Shown: positions 34,786 through 44,858, counted from the stretch's first letter. The stretch: 64,000 bases of DNA from an uncultured Acidobacteriota bacterium (GCA_963709005.1 CAVPUS010000027.1:160801-224800), one strand, 5' to 3'. Numbers and translations are program-made. Notes: generated from the sequence alone by a model not told the origin.

Positions 34786-35568
34786 CTACTTTCCCGTCCA
34801 CTTAGGATCGCGCTTTTCGAGGAACGACGCGAGGCCTTCGCGGAAATCGGCGGTGGAGCGAATCTCAGCGTTCGCGCAAATGGCGCGCTCGAGATCGGCC
34901 TGGAGGCCGGCCTCGTCATGCTGCAAAAGCAGGCGCTTCGTGTTTACGATGCTCGTGGGGCTGGCAGCGAGGAGCGAAGCAGCAACTTCGCGGGCTCGAA
35001 CCGCGAGCTTATCGGCAGCAACGATTTCAGTGACGAGGCCTATTCGAAACGCCTCGGCCGCGTCTATGATCCTGCCGCTCAACAAAAGATCGCGCGCCGG
35101 CTTTTCGCCGATTTGCCGGTGCAAGAAAACAGAGACGAGCGCGGGAATAAATCCGATTCTAACTTCCGTGTATCCAAATTGCGCTTCCGGAACCGAAAGT
35201 GTGAAGTCCGTGAGCGTCGCGATGCCGCATCCGCCCGCGATCGCCGCGCCATTCACGGCCGATATCACGGGCTTAGGAAAACTGTAGATTCGGAAAAACA
35301 TTTCCGCCATGCGCCGGGAATCTTCCAGATGCTCGCGCGGCGATTGCCCCGCAAGCGCGCGCAGGCCCTCGAGGTCCATCCCGGCGCAGAATGCTTTTCC
35401 GGACCCTGTGATGATGACGACGCGCGCGGCGCCGGGCTCAATCTCGTCGAACGCGGCGAGAAGGTCATGAATCATCGCCATGGAGATGGCGTTGCGCTTC
35501 TCCGGGCGATCGAGAGTGATCGTCGCGATTTCGCCGTGGGTTTCGAGTTTCAGCGTGCTGTAGCTCAT
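34786..35568 (-). CDS. Enoyl-CoA hydratase/isomerase (crotonase); by context possibly methylglutaconyl-CoA hydratase
   Basis: Crotonase fold motifs (ITGSGKAFCAGMDL; PVISAVNGAAIAGG). It lies downstream of the HMG-CoA lyase and carboxyltransferase genes. Confidence 0.8.
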   Translation of the reverse strand: MSYSTLKLETHGEIATITLDRPEKRNAISMAMIHDLLAAFDEIEPGAARVVIITGSGKAFCAGMDLEGLRALAGQSPREHLEDSRRMAEMFFRIYSFPKPVISAVNGAAIAGGCGIATLTDFTLSVPEAQFGYTEVRIGFIPALVSVFLHRQIGEKPARDLLLSGRIIDAAEAFRIGLVTEIVAADKLAVRAREVAASLLAASPTSIVNTKRLLLQHDEAGLQADLERAICANAEIRSTADFREGLASFLEKRDPKWTGK

Positions 35569-35577
35569 GTTTGTGCG

Positions 35578-36504
35578 CTAATTCAGTTTGGATGTGTCCT
35601 TTGTATGCGTGTCGCTCGTGAGCGCGTATCGCTCGCGCAGCTCGCTCGTCATCGCGCAGGCGATGGCGAGAGATTTCGCGTCAATCCCCGTTGCCGCGCC
35701 GCGCGCCGCGAGCGTGGTGAGCACGACTTCCGTGGGAATGTTACCCACAAGCTCGTCGCCCGCGAAAGGGCATCCGCCGAGGCCCGTGAGAGCGCCGTCA
35801 AACCTGCGGCAGCCCGCCTCGTACGCCGCGAGGACTTTCTCCGCTGCGCCGTCGGGACGGCTGTGAAGGTGCACGCCGATTTCGACGCCGGCGACGCTAT
35901 TGCTCGCAGCGCGGTACAGCGCGGCGACAGCTTCCGGCGACGCTGTGCCAACCGTGTCGGCAAGCGACACGGTGCGGACGCCAACGTCTTTCAACCATAC
36001 GAGCGTCTCTTCGACGATCTCCGGCCCCCACGGTTCATCGTACGGATTGCCGAAGGCCATCGAAATATAGATCACGAGTTTGCGCCCCGCGGCTTTCGTA
36101 TCGCGCTGGAGCTTTTCGACCAGCGTTCGCGATTCGGCGCGCGACATGTTCGCGTTGGCGCGGCGGAAGTAGGCCGAGATGGAATACGGATAACCGATTG
36201 CCGTCACGCCCGGCGTGGAAAGGGCGCGGTCGAGGCCCTGCGCGTTCACAACAATGCCGATAATATCGGGCGTTTCGCCCGATGGCAACTTCACTGCGCT
36301 CAATTGCTTCATCACGGTTTCGCTATCCGCCATTTGGGGCACGTGCTTCGGCGAAACGAAGCTGACGGCGTCAATGTGGCGGAATCCAAGAGACACAAGC
36401 GCGGCGAGGTATTTGATCTTTTCCGCCGAAGGGATGATCTGCCTTAGCCCTTGCCACGCGTCCCGCGGGCACTCGACGATGGTGACTGCGTCCGGTGCGG
36501 TCAC
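35578..36504 (-). CDS. Hydroxymethylglutaryl-CoA lyase
   Basis: IVECPRDAWQG, the DRE-TIM barrel motifs VSLADTVG, HLH and GLGGCPFAG. Confidence 0.85.
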   Translation of the reverse strand: MTAPDAVTIVECPRDAWQGLRQIIPSAEKIKYLAALVSLGFRHIDAVSFVSPKHVPQMADSETVMKQLSAVKLPSGETPDIIGIVVNAQGLDRALSTPGVTAIGYPYSISAYFRRANANMSRAESRTLVEKLQRDTKAAGRKLVIYISMAFGNPYDEPWGPEIVEETLVWLKDVGVRTVSLADTVGTASPEAVAALYRAASNSVAGVEIGVHLHSRPDGAAEKVLAAYEAGCRRFDGALTGLGGCPFAGDELVGNIPTEVVLTTLAARGAATGIDAKSLAIACAMTSELRERYALTSDTHTKDTSKLN

Positions 36505-38183
36505 GTTTGCAGCACGCCGGTTTTAAATTCGGCAACGTGGGGATTGAGCGAAGCTGCTTCGAGGGCCTCGATCAGAGCTTCGCGCGTGTGCGCGGGATCA
36601 ATGATCGCGTCCACCCAGAGGCGGGCGGCGGCATAACGTGGATCGGTTTGATGTTCGTAGGTGGCGCGAATCGATTCGTGGAGCTCCTTCTTCTCGGCAT
36701 CGCTGAGCTTCTTGCCTTCGCGCTCGAGTTGCTTGATTTTGATTTCGACGAGCGTGCCGGCGGCGGAATCTCCGCTCATCACCGCGTATCGCGCCGTGGG
36801 CCACGCGAAAATAAACCGCGGATCGTAGGCCTTGCCGCACATGGCGTAGTGGCCCGCGCCAAAGCTCCCGCCGCAAATCACGGTAATCTTCGGGACCACG
36901 CTGTTCGCCACCGCGTTCACCATTTTTGCCCCGGCGCGGATGATCCCGCTCCATTCGGCTTCCTTGCCCACCATGAAGCCGTTGACATCGTGCAGGAAAA
37001 CGAGCGGAATCAGATTCTGATTGCAGTCGAGGATGAACCGCGCAGCTTTGTCGGCGGACTCGGTGTAGATCACGCCGCCGAATTCGATTCGCTTCTCGCC
37101 GGTTCCCGGCGCAGCCACCGTAACGTGTTTTTTCTGGTTGGCCACGATGCCGACCGCCCAGCCTCCGATCCGCGCGTAGCCGCACAGCACGGTTTGGCCG
37201 TATTCGGAGCGGTACTCATCGAATTGGCTTCCGTCCACGATGCGCGCAATGATTTCACGCATGTCGTATTGCTTCGATGGCTCGGAAGAAAAAATCTCAT
37301 AGATTTCTTCGGGGGGATGCGCAGGCATCTCGGGAGCCTTGCGATCGAACGGAGCGCGAGCGGGATGTCCCATTTTGTCCACCAGGGCGCGAATCCGCTT
37401 GATGCAAGCGGGATCGTCGGGCTCGCGAAAGTCGATCGTTCCGCTGATCTGCGCGTGCATTTGCGCCCCGCCCAATTCTTCCGCCGACGTCTTCTGCCCG
37501 ATGGCGGCCTGCACGAGCGCGGGGCCGGCAAGGAAGAGTCCGCTCCCTTCGGTCATAAGAATGTGATCGCACATCACCGGCAAGTAAGCGCCACCCGCGA
37601 CGCACATGCCCATGATCGCCGTAATCTGCGGGATTCCCATGGCGCTCATTACCGCGTTGTTGCGGAACACGCGGCCGAAATCGTCGGTGTCCGGGAAGAC
37701 ATCCTCCTGCAGCGGAAGAAAAACTCCGGCCGAGTCCACGAGATATATCGTCGGGATGCGATTTTCGATGGCGATGTTCTGCGCGCGGATCACTTTCTTG
37801 GCGGTCATGGGGAAGAAAGCGCCGGCCTTTACGGTGGCGTCGTTCGCGATCAGCATCACTTGCCGGCCGGATACGCGCGCGAGGCCCGTGATTGTTCCTG
37901 CGGCCGGGGCGCCACCCCATTCCTCGTACATTTCGTACGCGGCATATAGGCCGAGCTCGAAGAAATAGGTTTTGGGATCGATAAGGGCGGCGATGCGTTC
38001 GCGCGCGGTAAGCCGGCCCTTCTTGTGCTGCGACTCGATGGCCTTTGCGCCGCCTCCCTGGCGAATCTGCTCTTCTTCGTTTTTGATCTCGGTGAGGCGA
38101 TCCACCATTTGCCGGCTGGCTTTCGCGGACGCGTCGTTCTTCTGGTCCGCGCGCGTTTCGATTTTGCCCGTGCGTTTGGTCAT
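36501..38183 (-). CDS. Acyl-CoA carboxylase carboxyltransferase (beta) subunit, methylcrotonoyl-CoA carboxylase-like
   Basis: GRLTARERIAALIDP, ANDATVKAGAFFPMTAKKVIRAQNIA, YLVDSAGVFLP and CVAGGAYLP. The context is leucine catabolism. Confidence 0.85.
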   Translation of the reverse strand: MTKRTGKIETRADQKNDASAKASRQMVDRLTEIKNEEEQIRQGGGAKAIESQHKKGRLTARERIAALIDPKTYFFELGLYAAYEMYEEWGGAPAAGTITGLARVSGRQVMLIANDATVKAGAFFPMTAKKVIRAQNIAIENRIPTIYLVDSAGVFLPLQEDVFPDTDDFGRVFRNNAVMSAMGIPQITAIMGMCVAGGAYLPVMCDHILMTEGSGLFLAGPALVQAAIGQKTSAEELGGAQMHAQISGTIDFREPDDPACIKRIRALVDKMGHPARAPFDRKAPEMPAHPPEEIYEIFSSEPSKQYDMREIIARIVDGSQFDEYRSEYGQTVLCGYARIGGWAVGIVANQKKHVTVAAPGTGEKRIEFGGVIYTESADKAARFILDCNQNLIPLVFLHDVNGFMVGKEAEWSGIIRAGAKMVNAVANSVVPKITVICGGSFGAGHYAMCGKAYDPRFIFAWPTARYAVMSGDSAAGTLVEIKIKQLEREGKKLSDAEKKELHESIRATYEHQTDPRYAAARLWVDAIIDPAHTREALIEALEAASLNPHVAEFKTGVLQT

Positions 38184-38308
38184 CGAGGTACCGCCGTGCT
38201 GGCCGCGAAACCTCGGATTGTATCATCCATGGCTGCGCGGCCCATCCATGGATCAAGCGAAGAGATCACGCAAGCTTGGTATGGGGCAGTCGCGTGCTCA
38301 CCGTGGGT

Positions 38309-38722
38309 TCAGGCTCCGTGAGAAGCGGCCGGGATGCGCTGGCGGATGAAATCCACGATGGCTTGCGTGGGCGTGCCGGGGAGAAAGACTTCGGCGATGC
38401 CAATCTTTTTGAGCGCGGGGATATCGGCCTCGGGAATGATGCCGCCGATGAGCACGGTGACGTCGTTCATTCCTTTGCCGTGCAAAAGTTCCATCAGGCG
38501 CGGGCAAAGCGTATTGTGCGCGCCGGAAAGAATAGAAAGGCCGATGACGTCAACGTCTTCCTGCGCGGCGGCAGAGGCGATCATTTCCGGGGTCTGGCGC
38601 AAGCCCGTGTAGATGACTTCCATCCCGGCATCGCGAAGCGCGCGCGCGATTATTTTCGCGCCGCGGTCGTGGCCATCCAGGCCGGGCTTGGCGATCAGGA
38701 CGCGAATCTTCTTGTCGGGCAT
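38309..38722 (-). CDS. icmB: Cobalamin-binding small subunit of an acyl-CoA mutase (IcmB-like, 137 aa)
   Basis: B12-binding DxHxxG motif in [18 protein letters not shown], followed by SILSGAH and GGIIP. Confidence 0.85.
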   Translation of the reverse strand: MPDKKIRVLIAKPGLDGHDRGAKIIARALRDAGMEVIYTGLRQTPEMIASAAAQEDVDVIGLSILSGAHNTLCPRLMELLHGKGMNDVTVLIGGIIPEADIPALKKIGIAEVFLPGTPTQAIVDFIRQRIPAASHGA

Positions 38723-38821
38723 TCCCTTGTATTTGCCTCTCGCGTTGCTTTGGCGGTGCGTCCGGAAGAATACTTCAAAACGGCTGCGTAGCGATAGCGA
38801 AGGCAGTGTGATGAAGCAGAA

Positions 38822-39811
38822 TTATCGTTCCTGAATGTCAAACAGGAAATCCTCGAGGAGGCCGTTGAAGCGGTCGGCGTCGTCAACAAAGAGCGCGTGG
38901 CCAACACCTTCGAAAATCTCGATCCGTGAGGTTGGTATACGTCTATGCATGTCCTGGTAGCGCGGCACGAAAGGGCTTTGTGCTCCCACGATCAGAGTGG
39001 GCTTGTCGATCTTCGCGAGCGCGGCGCGATTGTCTGCGGCCCACGCTGAGGTGATCGCTTCGATTGCTGGTCCGGTCGGCATTTCAAGAGAGGCTTTGGT
39101 CAGCCTGGCCAAATACTCCTCCGTTTGCGGCTTGCGGAACATGGAACGCACGAAATCTGCGGTTTGTTTCTGCCGGTCGGACTTCATCGACTCGATGAAC
39201 TCGTGGATGCCCTGCGGAATCTGCCCGGGATCGCTTCCGGCGATGCCGTCAACAAGGACGATACCGTTGAGACTGCCTGTCCCAAATTGGTCAACATAAG
39301 ATGCGATGTCTGTCACAGCCAAGGACCATCCGACAAGAACGACAGGACCAAGTTTTAGACGATCAATGACGGCTTTGATGTCGCGCGCGCGTGCGGCGGG
39401 GGTGTAATCGCGCCCATTCTTCGACGAGTCGCCCTGGGCGCGCGGGTCCATGGCGACAACGCGCCAATCGTCAGAGAAATATTCGATCTGCTTACCCCAG
39501 ATCCATGCAGGCATGGTCCAGCCGGGGACGAAGAGTATGGAAGTGAAGCGGTGCGGCGATTCGAGAGAGACTTCACCCTTGGTCATGGTGGCGTCGGTGG
39601 GAGTTGGATGGCCGACTGCTCCCGCGAATGCAACTTTCGTCTTTCCGGCTTCGAGGTAGTGAATCTTTACGCCGTCGGGCGTGGTGATGAAGCCGCTTTT
39701 CGGCGACGCGCCGTCGTGCGCGGGAGAGGCGGCTGCTGAAAACACGGCGCAGACCAGAGCCAGAATCAGCAGGACGAGCTTCGGTCGCCGCGATTTATTC
39801 ATGGTGTCCAT
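38822..39811 (-). CDS. Secreted alpha/beta hydrolase
   Basis: Signal peptide MNKSRRPKLVLLILALVCAVFSAAASPA, the nucleophile elbow GWSLAV and a C-terminal GVGHALFVDD. It sits between the two mutase subunit genes. Confidence 0.75.
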   Translation of the reverse strand: MDTMNKSRRPKLVLLILALVCAVFSAAASPAHDGASPKSGFITTPDGVKIHYLEAGKTKVAFAGAVGHPTPTDATMTKGEVSLESPHRFTSILFVPGWTMPAWIWGKQIEYFSDDWRVVAMDPRAQGDSSKNGRDYTPAARARDIKAVIDRLKLGPVVLVGWSLAVTDIASYVDQFGTGSLNGIVLVDGIAGSDPGQIPQGIHEFIESMKSDRQKQTADFVRSMFRKPQTEEYLARLTKASLEMPTGPAIEAITSAWAADNRAALAKIDKPTLIVGAQSPFVPRYQDMHRRIPTSRIEIFEGVGHALFVDDADRFNGLLEDFLFDIQER

Positions 39812-39963
39812 GGTTACAGAATCAGGTTAGCGCTAGATGAAAAGATTGCAAGGATGTAGTTGTGGATGTGCAGTGGTTTTGATACCGGATCGAAGGCAGA
39901 GAATACGGGCGAGGAAGGATTCCTTATTTCAAATCGTACATCATGTTGCCGACGTGACGCCGA

Positions 39964-40004
39964 TTCTCCGTGCCCTCTGTGGCGACCTTTGTGCTCTCTG
40001 TGTT
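39964..40004. repeat. Left arm of the inverted repeat bracketing the GxxExxY gene
   Basis: TTCTCCGTGC (39964-39973) and CTCTGTGTT (39996-40004) are exact complements of GCACGGAGAA (40455-40464) and AACACAGAG (40433-40441). The order is properly nested. Confidence 0.75.
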
Positions 40005-40035
40005 TCGCTTCGGGTTGGGCGTTCCCTCGTCCTCT

Positions 40036-40407
40036 TCATAGAATGTAGCGGCGAAGACCGTCCTTGAGAATTGGCACGTTGAAGTTGACTAGCAGGCCGA
40101 GTCTGCAGCCCGACAGACGCAAATACGTGAGCACAATGGCTTCGTGAACTGGGGCAAAGCCTTCGATGGACTTTAGTTCGACGATGATCCTCTCCTCGAC
40201 GAGCAAATCGGCCCTGTAGCCGCACTCAAGTTTAACGTCCTTGTAAACAACTGGAAGGGCCTTTTGCCGTTCAAAGCGAATTCCGCGGAGAGCCAACTCC
40301 CTGGCGAGGCATTCCTCATAAGCGGATTCAAGTAGCCCGGGGCCGAGGAGCCGGTGTACTTCGATAGCGGCGCCAATGATTTCATGTGTGACCTGATTCT
40401 CGTCCAT
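40036..40407 (-). CDS. GxxExxY protein (PD-(D/E)XK nuclease-like superfamily)
   Basis: [13 protein letters not shown] (the GxxExxY motif) and the [14 protein letters not shown] core. The start is set at MDENQ because the upstream codons run through the inverted-repeat arm. Confidence 0.85.
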   Translation of the reverse strand: MDENQVTHEIIGAAIEVHRLLGPGLLESAYEECLARELALRGIRFERQKALPVVYKDVKLECGYRADLLVEERIIVELKSIEGFAPVHEAIVLTYLRLSGCRLGLLVNFNVPILKDGLRRYIL

Positions 40408-40432
40408 TTCGGCCGCCGCGGGAAAAGACTCT

Positions 40433-40464
40433 AACACAGAGGACACAGAGTGCAGCACGGAGAA
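40433..40464. repeat. Right arm of the inverted repeat bracketing the GxxExxY gene
   Basis: AACACAGAGGACACAGAGTGCAGCACGGAGAA; see the left arm at 39964-40004. Confidence 0.75.
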
Positions 40465-40525
40465 CACCGAGGGATCCGAGAGAAGAACAACTCATGAAGA
40501 AACCCGGAGAAGAGAGGCTTGGAAC

Positions 40526-42247
40526 CTAGGTGATGGCGACTTCCTCGTAGATGCCGAAGACGTCGCGCATGGCGTCGCAAATCTCACCAAGCGTGGCGTA
40601 GGCTTTCGCAGCCTCGTAGAGGTAGGGCATCAGGTTTTCGGCGCCCGCGGCGGCTTTACGTAGCGCGCCCAGTCGGCGGTTGACTTCGTCGCCTGAGCGT
40701 TCGGCGCGGAGTTTCTTGAGGCGCGCGGCCTGGCGGTGCGCAACGCTTTCGTCAATCTGCAAGGTATCGAGCGGTTTTTCCTCAGTTACGTAATCATTCA
40801 CGCCCACGACGATCTTTTCCTTGGAATCCACGGCGACCTGATAGCGGTATGCGGCTTCCGCAATCTCCCGTTGGGGATAAGCGCGTTCAATGGCGGCGAC
40901 CATGCCGCCGAGCGCATCAATTTTTTCGATGTAGTCCCATGCGCCGCGCTCGACTTCGTCCGTAAGCGCCTCGACGAAATACGAGCCCCCGAGCGGGTCG
41001 GCGGTGTTGGTGACGCCGCTTTCGTGCGCGATGATCTGCTGTGTGCGCAGCGCAACCGTGGCGGCGAATTCGGTGGGCAAGGCCCAGGCTTCGTCGAGCG
41101 AATTCGTGTGCAAGGACTGCGTGCCGCCCATCACGGCGGCTAGGGCCTGCAACGCTGTGCGGACGACGTTGTTGTAGGGCTGCTGGGCGGTGAGAGAGCA
41201 ACCGGCTGTTTGCGTGTGAAAGCGGAGGGCCCAAGAGCGCGCGTTTTTCGCGCCGAAGCGGTCGCGCATGGTTTTGTACCAGATACGGCGAGCGGCGCGG
41301 TATTTGGCGATTTCCTCGAAGAAGTCGTTGTGTGCGTTGAAGAAAAATGAAAGGCGCGGGACGAATTCGTCCACGTCAAGGCCGCGGCGAATACCCCAGT
41401 CCACATATTCAATGCCGTCGCGCAGAGTGAAGGCAAGTTCCTGGATCGCGGTCGAGCCCGCTTCGCGAATGTGATAGCCGCTAATCGAAATCGAATTGAA
41501 TTTCGGGGTGTGCTTCGCGCCGAATTCAAACGTGTCTATGACGAGCCGCATGGAAGGCTCGGGCGGATAGATGTATTCCTTCTGCGCAATGTATTCCTTG
41601 AGGATGTCGTTTTGAAGCGTGCCGGAGATTTTCTTCCAATCCGCACCCTGTTTTTCCGCGACGGCAAGATACATCGCCCAGATGGCCGCGGCGGGCGAAT
41701 TGATGGTCATCGAGGTGGTGACATCGGCGAGGGGGATCTTGTCGAAGAGCACTTCCATGTCGGCGAGGGAATTGATGGCGACGCCGCACTTGCCGACTTC
41801 GCCCTCGGAAAGCTCGTGGTCGGAGTCGTAACCCATGAGGGTGGGGAGGTCGAAGGCGACGGAGAGGCCTGTTTGACCCTGTGAGAGCAGATAGCGGAAG
41901 CGTTGATTCGTGTCCTCGGCAGCGCCGAAGCCCGCGAACTGGCGCATGGTCCAAAGCTTCCCGCGATACATGGTCGAATGAATGCCGCGGGTGTACGGAG
42001 GCTGGCCGGGATAGCCAAGATCGCGCTCGGGGTCCCATCCGGCGAGGTCAGCCTGCGTGTAGATATGGCGGATGGGGTAGCTCGAAACCGTGGTGAACTC
42101 GTGAGCGCGCTCGGGCGACTTTTCGAGCGTGGGGCGCAGCGTGTTCTGTTCCCAGTCAAGCTCCGCCGCGGAAGGCTTTCGCTCGGCCGCAAACGTAGTT
42201 GAGGCCGGGAACTTCGGTTCCTTGGTCGCCTTGCGGGCCATGGGCAT
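40526..42247 (-). CDS. icmA: Acyl-CoA mutase large (substrate-binding) subunit of the isobutyryl-CoA mutase type
   Basis: [35 protein letters not shown] and [24 protein letters not shown]. It has Phe and Gln where methylmalonyl-CoA mutases have Tyr (RQYAGF) and Arg (MVRNTY). Confidence 0.85.
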   Translation of the reverse strand: MPMARKATKEPKFPASTTFAAERKPSAAELDWEQNTLRPTLEKSPERAHEFTTVSSYPIRHIYTQADLAGWDPERDLGYPGQPPYTRGIHSTMYRGKLWTMRQFAGFGAAEDTNQRFRYLLSQGQTGLSVAFDLPTLMGYDSDHELSEGEVGKCGVAINSLADMEVLFDKIPLADVTTSMTINSPAAAIWAMYLAVAEKQGADWKKISGTLQNDILKEYIAQKEYIYPPEPSMRLVIDTFEFGAKHTPKFNSISISGYHIREAGSTAIQELAFTLRDGIEYVDWGIRRGLDVDEFVPRLSFFFNAHNDFFEEIAKYRAARRIWYKTMRDRFGAKNARSWALRFHTQTAGCSLTAQQPYNNVVRTALQALAAVMGGTQSLHTNSLDEAWALPTEFAATVALRTQQIIAHESGVTNTADPLGGSYFVEALTDEVERGAWDYIEKIDALGGMVAAIERAYPQREIAEAAYRYQVAVDSKEKIVVGVNDYVTEEKPLDTLQIDESVAHRQAARLKKLRAERSGDEVNRRLGALRKAAAGAENLMPYLYEAAKAYATLGEICDAMRDVFGIYEEVAIT

Positions 42248-42412
42248 GCTCCTTCGAAAAACGGAGTCGAGTTCGCTCGGAAAGTGTCTAGCTGTTCATT
42301 TTAGGGCAAGGAGGGGGGCCCGGCAAGGAGAAGCAGGCAGAGATGCACGCTCCAGCGTGATCAAGCTGTTCGAGCCAAGGACCGCGCCGTTGGAATAAAC
42401 AAAAGCGAGCGC

Positions 42413-44467
42413 CTACTGGTTACCCGTGAGCGCAGGCTCCGGCGTCCCGGGAATCAGCGGCGTGCGATAGGGCTTTCCCCGGAGAGAGTCAGCAACGACG
42501 ATGTTATTCACTTCCAGCGTTCGGCCCATGGCCTGATTGAAATTGACGGCCGCTTCTTCCAGATTCGCTTTCGCACGCAACTCGGTGCCCTGAGCGGCAG
42601 TGAGGTCGCGAGCGCGGAGAACGACGTTGTAGCTGGTGGAGGTGCCAAGCTGATACTTCTTCTGTTCGGCGTCGAGGGTCTGTTGCGCGAGAGTACGCGC
42701 TTTTTCAGCGGCTTGCACCTGCGCGCGATCCTGTTGCAAAGCGATCAAAGCATTGCGCACGTTCAATAGAATCGTATTCTCGAGCTGGCGCAACTGGACT
42801 TCCTGCTGCCTTTCAGCCAGTTGCGCCCTGGCATTGTCCGCCTGGGCCGAGCGGTTGCGGATCGGAAGAACCAGGTTAATGCCGCCGCCGTAAACGGGGA
42901 ATTGAGCACGGAAAAGACTGGACAAAGCGTCGCCAAGGCCGCCGACCGTGGTGACGTTCTGCGTTACCGGGATCCCGGCGAATACTTCGTTCCCGTTCAC
43001 CAGGATCGGAGCGCCCGTGGGATCCACCACAGGAGATTGGGTATCAGGCACGAAAGCGGGCGGGATTACGTTCGTGGCGAATGACTTGTTGCCGTTCAGG
43101 CCCTGGGCGCCACCTTCGATGAAGCCATTCAGCGACGGCAGCAGGGCGTTGCGAGTTGTGCGCGTTTCGATCTGTGCATTCTTCAGGTTGAGTTCCGCCT
43201 GCAAGACTTCGGGCCGTTTCGTCCAAGCCTCCTGAACAGCCTGGTCGAGCGGGATATTGTCAATGACGTCGGGAGTGCTAATCGGGGTGGTAGGAACGAT
43301 CTCGACGCCCTTCAAGTTTCCAGCAAACGAGTCCTTGGTGATCGCGACGAGCAGGATGGTTTCATCCTGAAGCTGTACGGTTTGCGCGACGATCAGGTTC
43401 TGAGTGTCGTTGGCAAGCTGGGATTCAGCGGTGAGAACATCGAGCGGAGCCATCGTGCCGATTTCGAGCTGTTTCTTGTTGTCCTCGTAAAGCTTTGTCG
43501 ATACACCTACGGCTGCTTCCTGGACCTTCACGTTCCCGCGGGCATACACCAGTTCCCAGTAGGCGTTCTCGACCTGCGTGACGGTTGTGATCACCTGCTG
43601 AGCGAATTGGGACTTCGCGGCCTTGAGCGTGTTCTTCGCCTCGATAATAAAACGCGTATTCGGGAGAATGCCGAATCCGTTCAGAAGCGGCTGCGAAATC
43701 GCAATCGTAAGAGAGGATGTCCACGCCGGGTTGAACAGGTTCTGGCCGGAGTTGTTCGTGCCGCGATCATTATCGAAGGAAACAGAAACACTCGTTCCGG
43801 TGTGGAAGCCCTGCGAGTACGTGAAGTTTATGTTCTGATTATTGCTAATGATGGACGGCGTCGTCTGCGAAATAACGCCAAGCCCTGATAGGAACGGGTT
43901 ATTGACGGGAACGTCGCTGCGTATCCAGTTGAGCTGACCCGAAATGACCGGGTCGAAAGAAGTCTGGGGAGCGCTGCCGAGCACAACGCTCTGAGAGCTA
44001 CCGCTCTGCGGCACGCCACCCGCTTGGGCTTTCAGCAATTGCGTTTCGGCGATCCAGGGCGTGAAGCGCTGCACGTAAATGTCGAGATTGTTCTCCAGGG
44101 CGATGGAGATCGCATCCTCCAGGCTTAGCATTAGCTTGCCACCCTGAATAATCTGGTCGAGGCGCGGGGTGTTCGTCAGCATCGGCACATCCACATGCCG
44201 GGGCTTGTACGGCGCAATAAGATTGGGAAAGAACGGATTGGGCTTCGAATAGTCCGGCCCCTCCGTAAGCTTGAGGTTACGTGCGCTATCCGCGGCAGAG
44301 GTGGCGGAGGGATTCACAGATAACGGCTGTTGCGGAGTCCCCTGCGCCTGCGCTTGGCCCTGTCGCTCTTGCGGTTGCGCGACCTGCGATTGAGCATAGG
44401 CGGGCGAAACCACCAGCGAGGCGGCCGTGAGAAATACAAACGCCACGTGCGATAATCTTGAAATCAT
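42413..44467 (-). CDS. TolC-family outer-membrane efflux protein, unusually long (684 aa)
   Basis: Signal peptide MISRLSHVAFVFLTAASLVVSPAYAQ, a Gln-rich N-terminal extension, then two OEP repeats (LSLEDAISIALENNLDI...; LDQAVQEAWTKRPEVLQAELNLKNAQI...). No cognate pump genes are adjacent. Confidence 0.8.
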   Translation of the reverse strand: MISRLSHVAFVFLTAASLVVSPAYAQSQVAQPQERQGQAQAQGTPQQPLSVNPSATSAADSARNLKLTEGPDYSKPNPFFPNLIAPYKPRHVDVPMLTNTPRLDQIIQGGKLMLSLEDAISIALENNLDIYVQRFTPWIAETQLLKAQAGGVPQSGSSQSVVLGSAPQTSFDPVISGQLNWIRSDVPVNNPFLSGLGVISQTTPSIISNNQNINFTYSQGFHTGTSVSVSFDNDRGTNNSGQNLFNPAWTSSLTIAISQPLLNGFGILPNTRFIIEAKNTLKAAKSQFAQQVITTVTQVENAYWELVYARGNVKVQEAAVGVSTKLYEDNKKQLEIGTMAPLDVLTAESQLANDTQNLIVAQTVQLQDETILLVAITKDSFAGNLKGVEIVPTTPISTPDVIDNIPLDQAVQEAWTKRPEVLQAELNLKNAQIETRTTRNALLPSLNGFIEGGAQGLNGNKSFATNVIPPAFVPDTQSPVVDPTGAPILVNGNEVFAGIPVTQNVTTVGGLGDALSSLFRAQFPVYGGGINLVLPIRNRSAQADNARAQLAERQQEVQLRQLENTILLNVRNALIALQQDRAQVQAAEKARTLAQQTLDAEQKKYQLGTSTSYNVVLRARDLTAAQGTELRAKANLEEAAVNFNQAMGRTLEVNNIVVADSLRGKPYRTPLIPGTPEPALTGNQ

Positions 44468-44858
44468 CTTTTTCCTCTCCCCCAAAACAAGCGATACCTG
44501 AAAAGTGCATGGAATCTTCAATTGGTTAAACGCGCGAGCACACTGATTTGTTTCAGAAATCGTGCTTCTTGCAACGCAGCGGCCACCCGTATTCTCTTGA
44601 ATCGCCACGGTTAAGCAGGATTTTAGGCGCGCTGAGCGTTCGCTCGCGGACACTTCTGTGCGTATCCGAACAGACCGATGCGAAGTGTAGCATCGCACCG
44701 GCCCGCTGACAATCAGAGTGGATTGACACCTTGCCCTGCTGCACTCAGAATGATCGGCAGCGAGCAGGCTGTTTTCTGCGGGGGCGAATTCCAACCATAG
44801 AATACTTTCGGCGAGCTTCTTGTGTCTTCGGAACCGCCAGAACGAGGTCTTTCGAGCG

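Noticed and set aside
34918-37949. 509-aa and 484-aa plus-strand ORFs (34918-36447 and 36495-37949) opposite the crotonase, HMG-CoA lyase and carboxyltransferase genes.
   Set aside because: They span several well-supported minus-strand genes, have no start context or motifs, and show biased Arg/Gly/Ala composition. They are high-GC artefacts.
44468-44794. An N-terminal extension of the TolC ORF, 109 codons upstream of MISRLSH.
   Set aside because: The internal Met at 44467 is followed by a canonical signal peptide. The extension has no features and lies in the divergent promoter region shared with the M13 peptidase gene.
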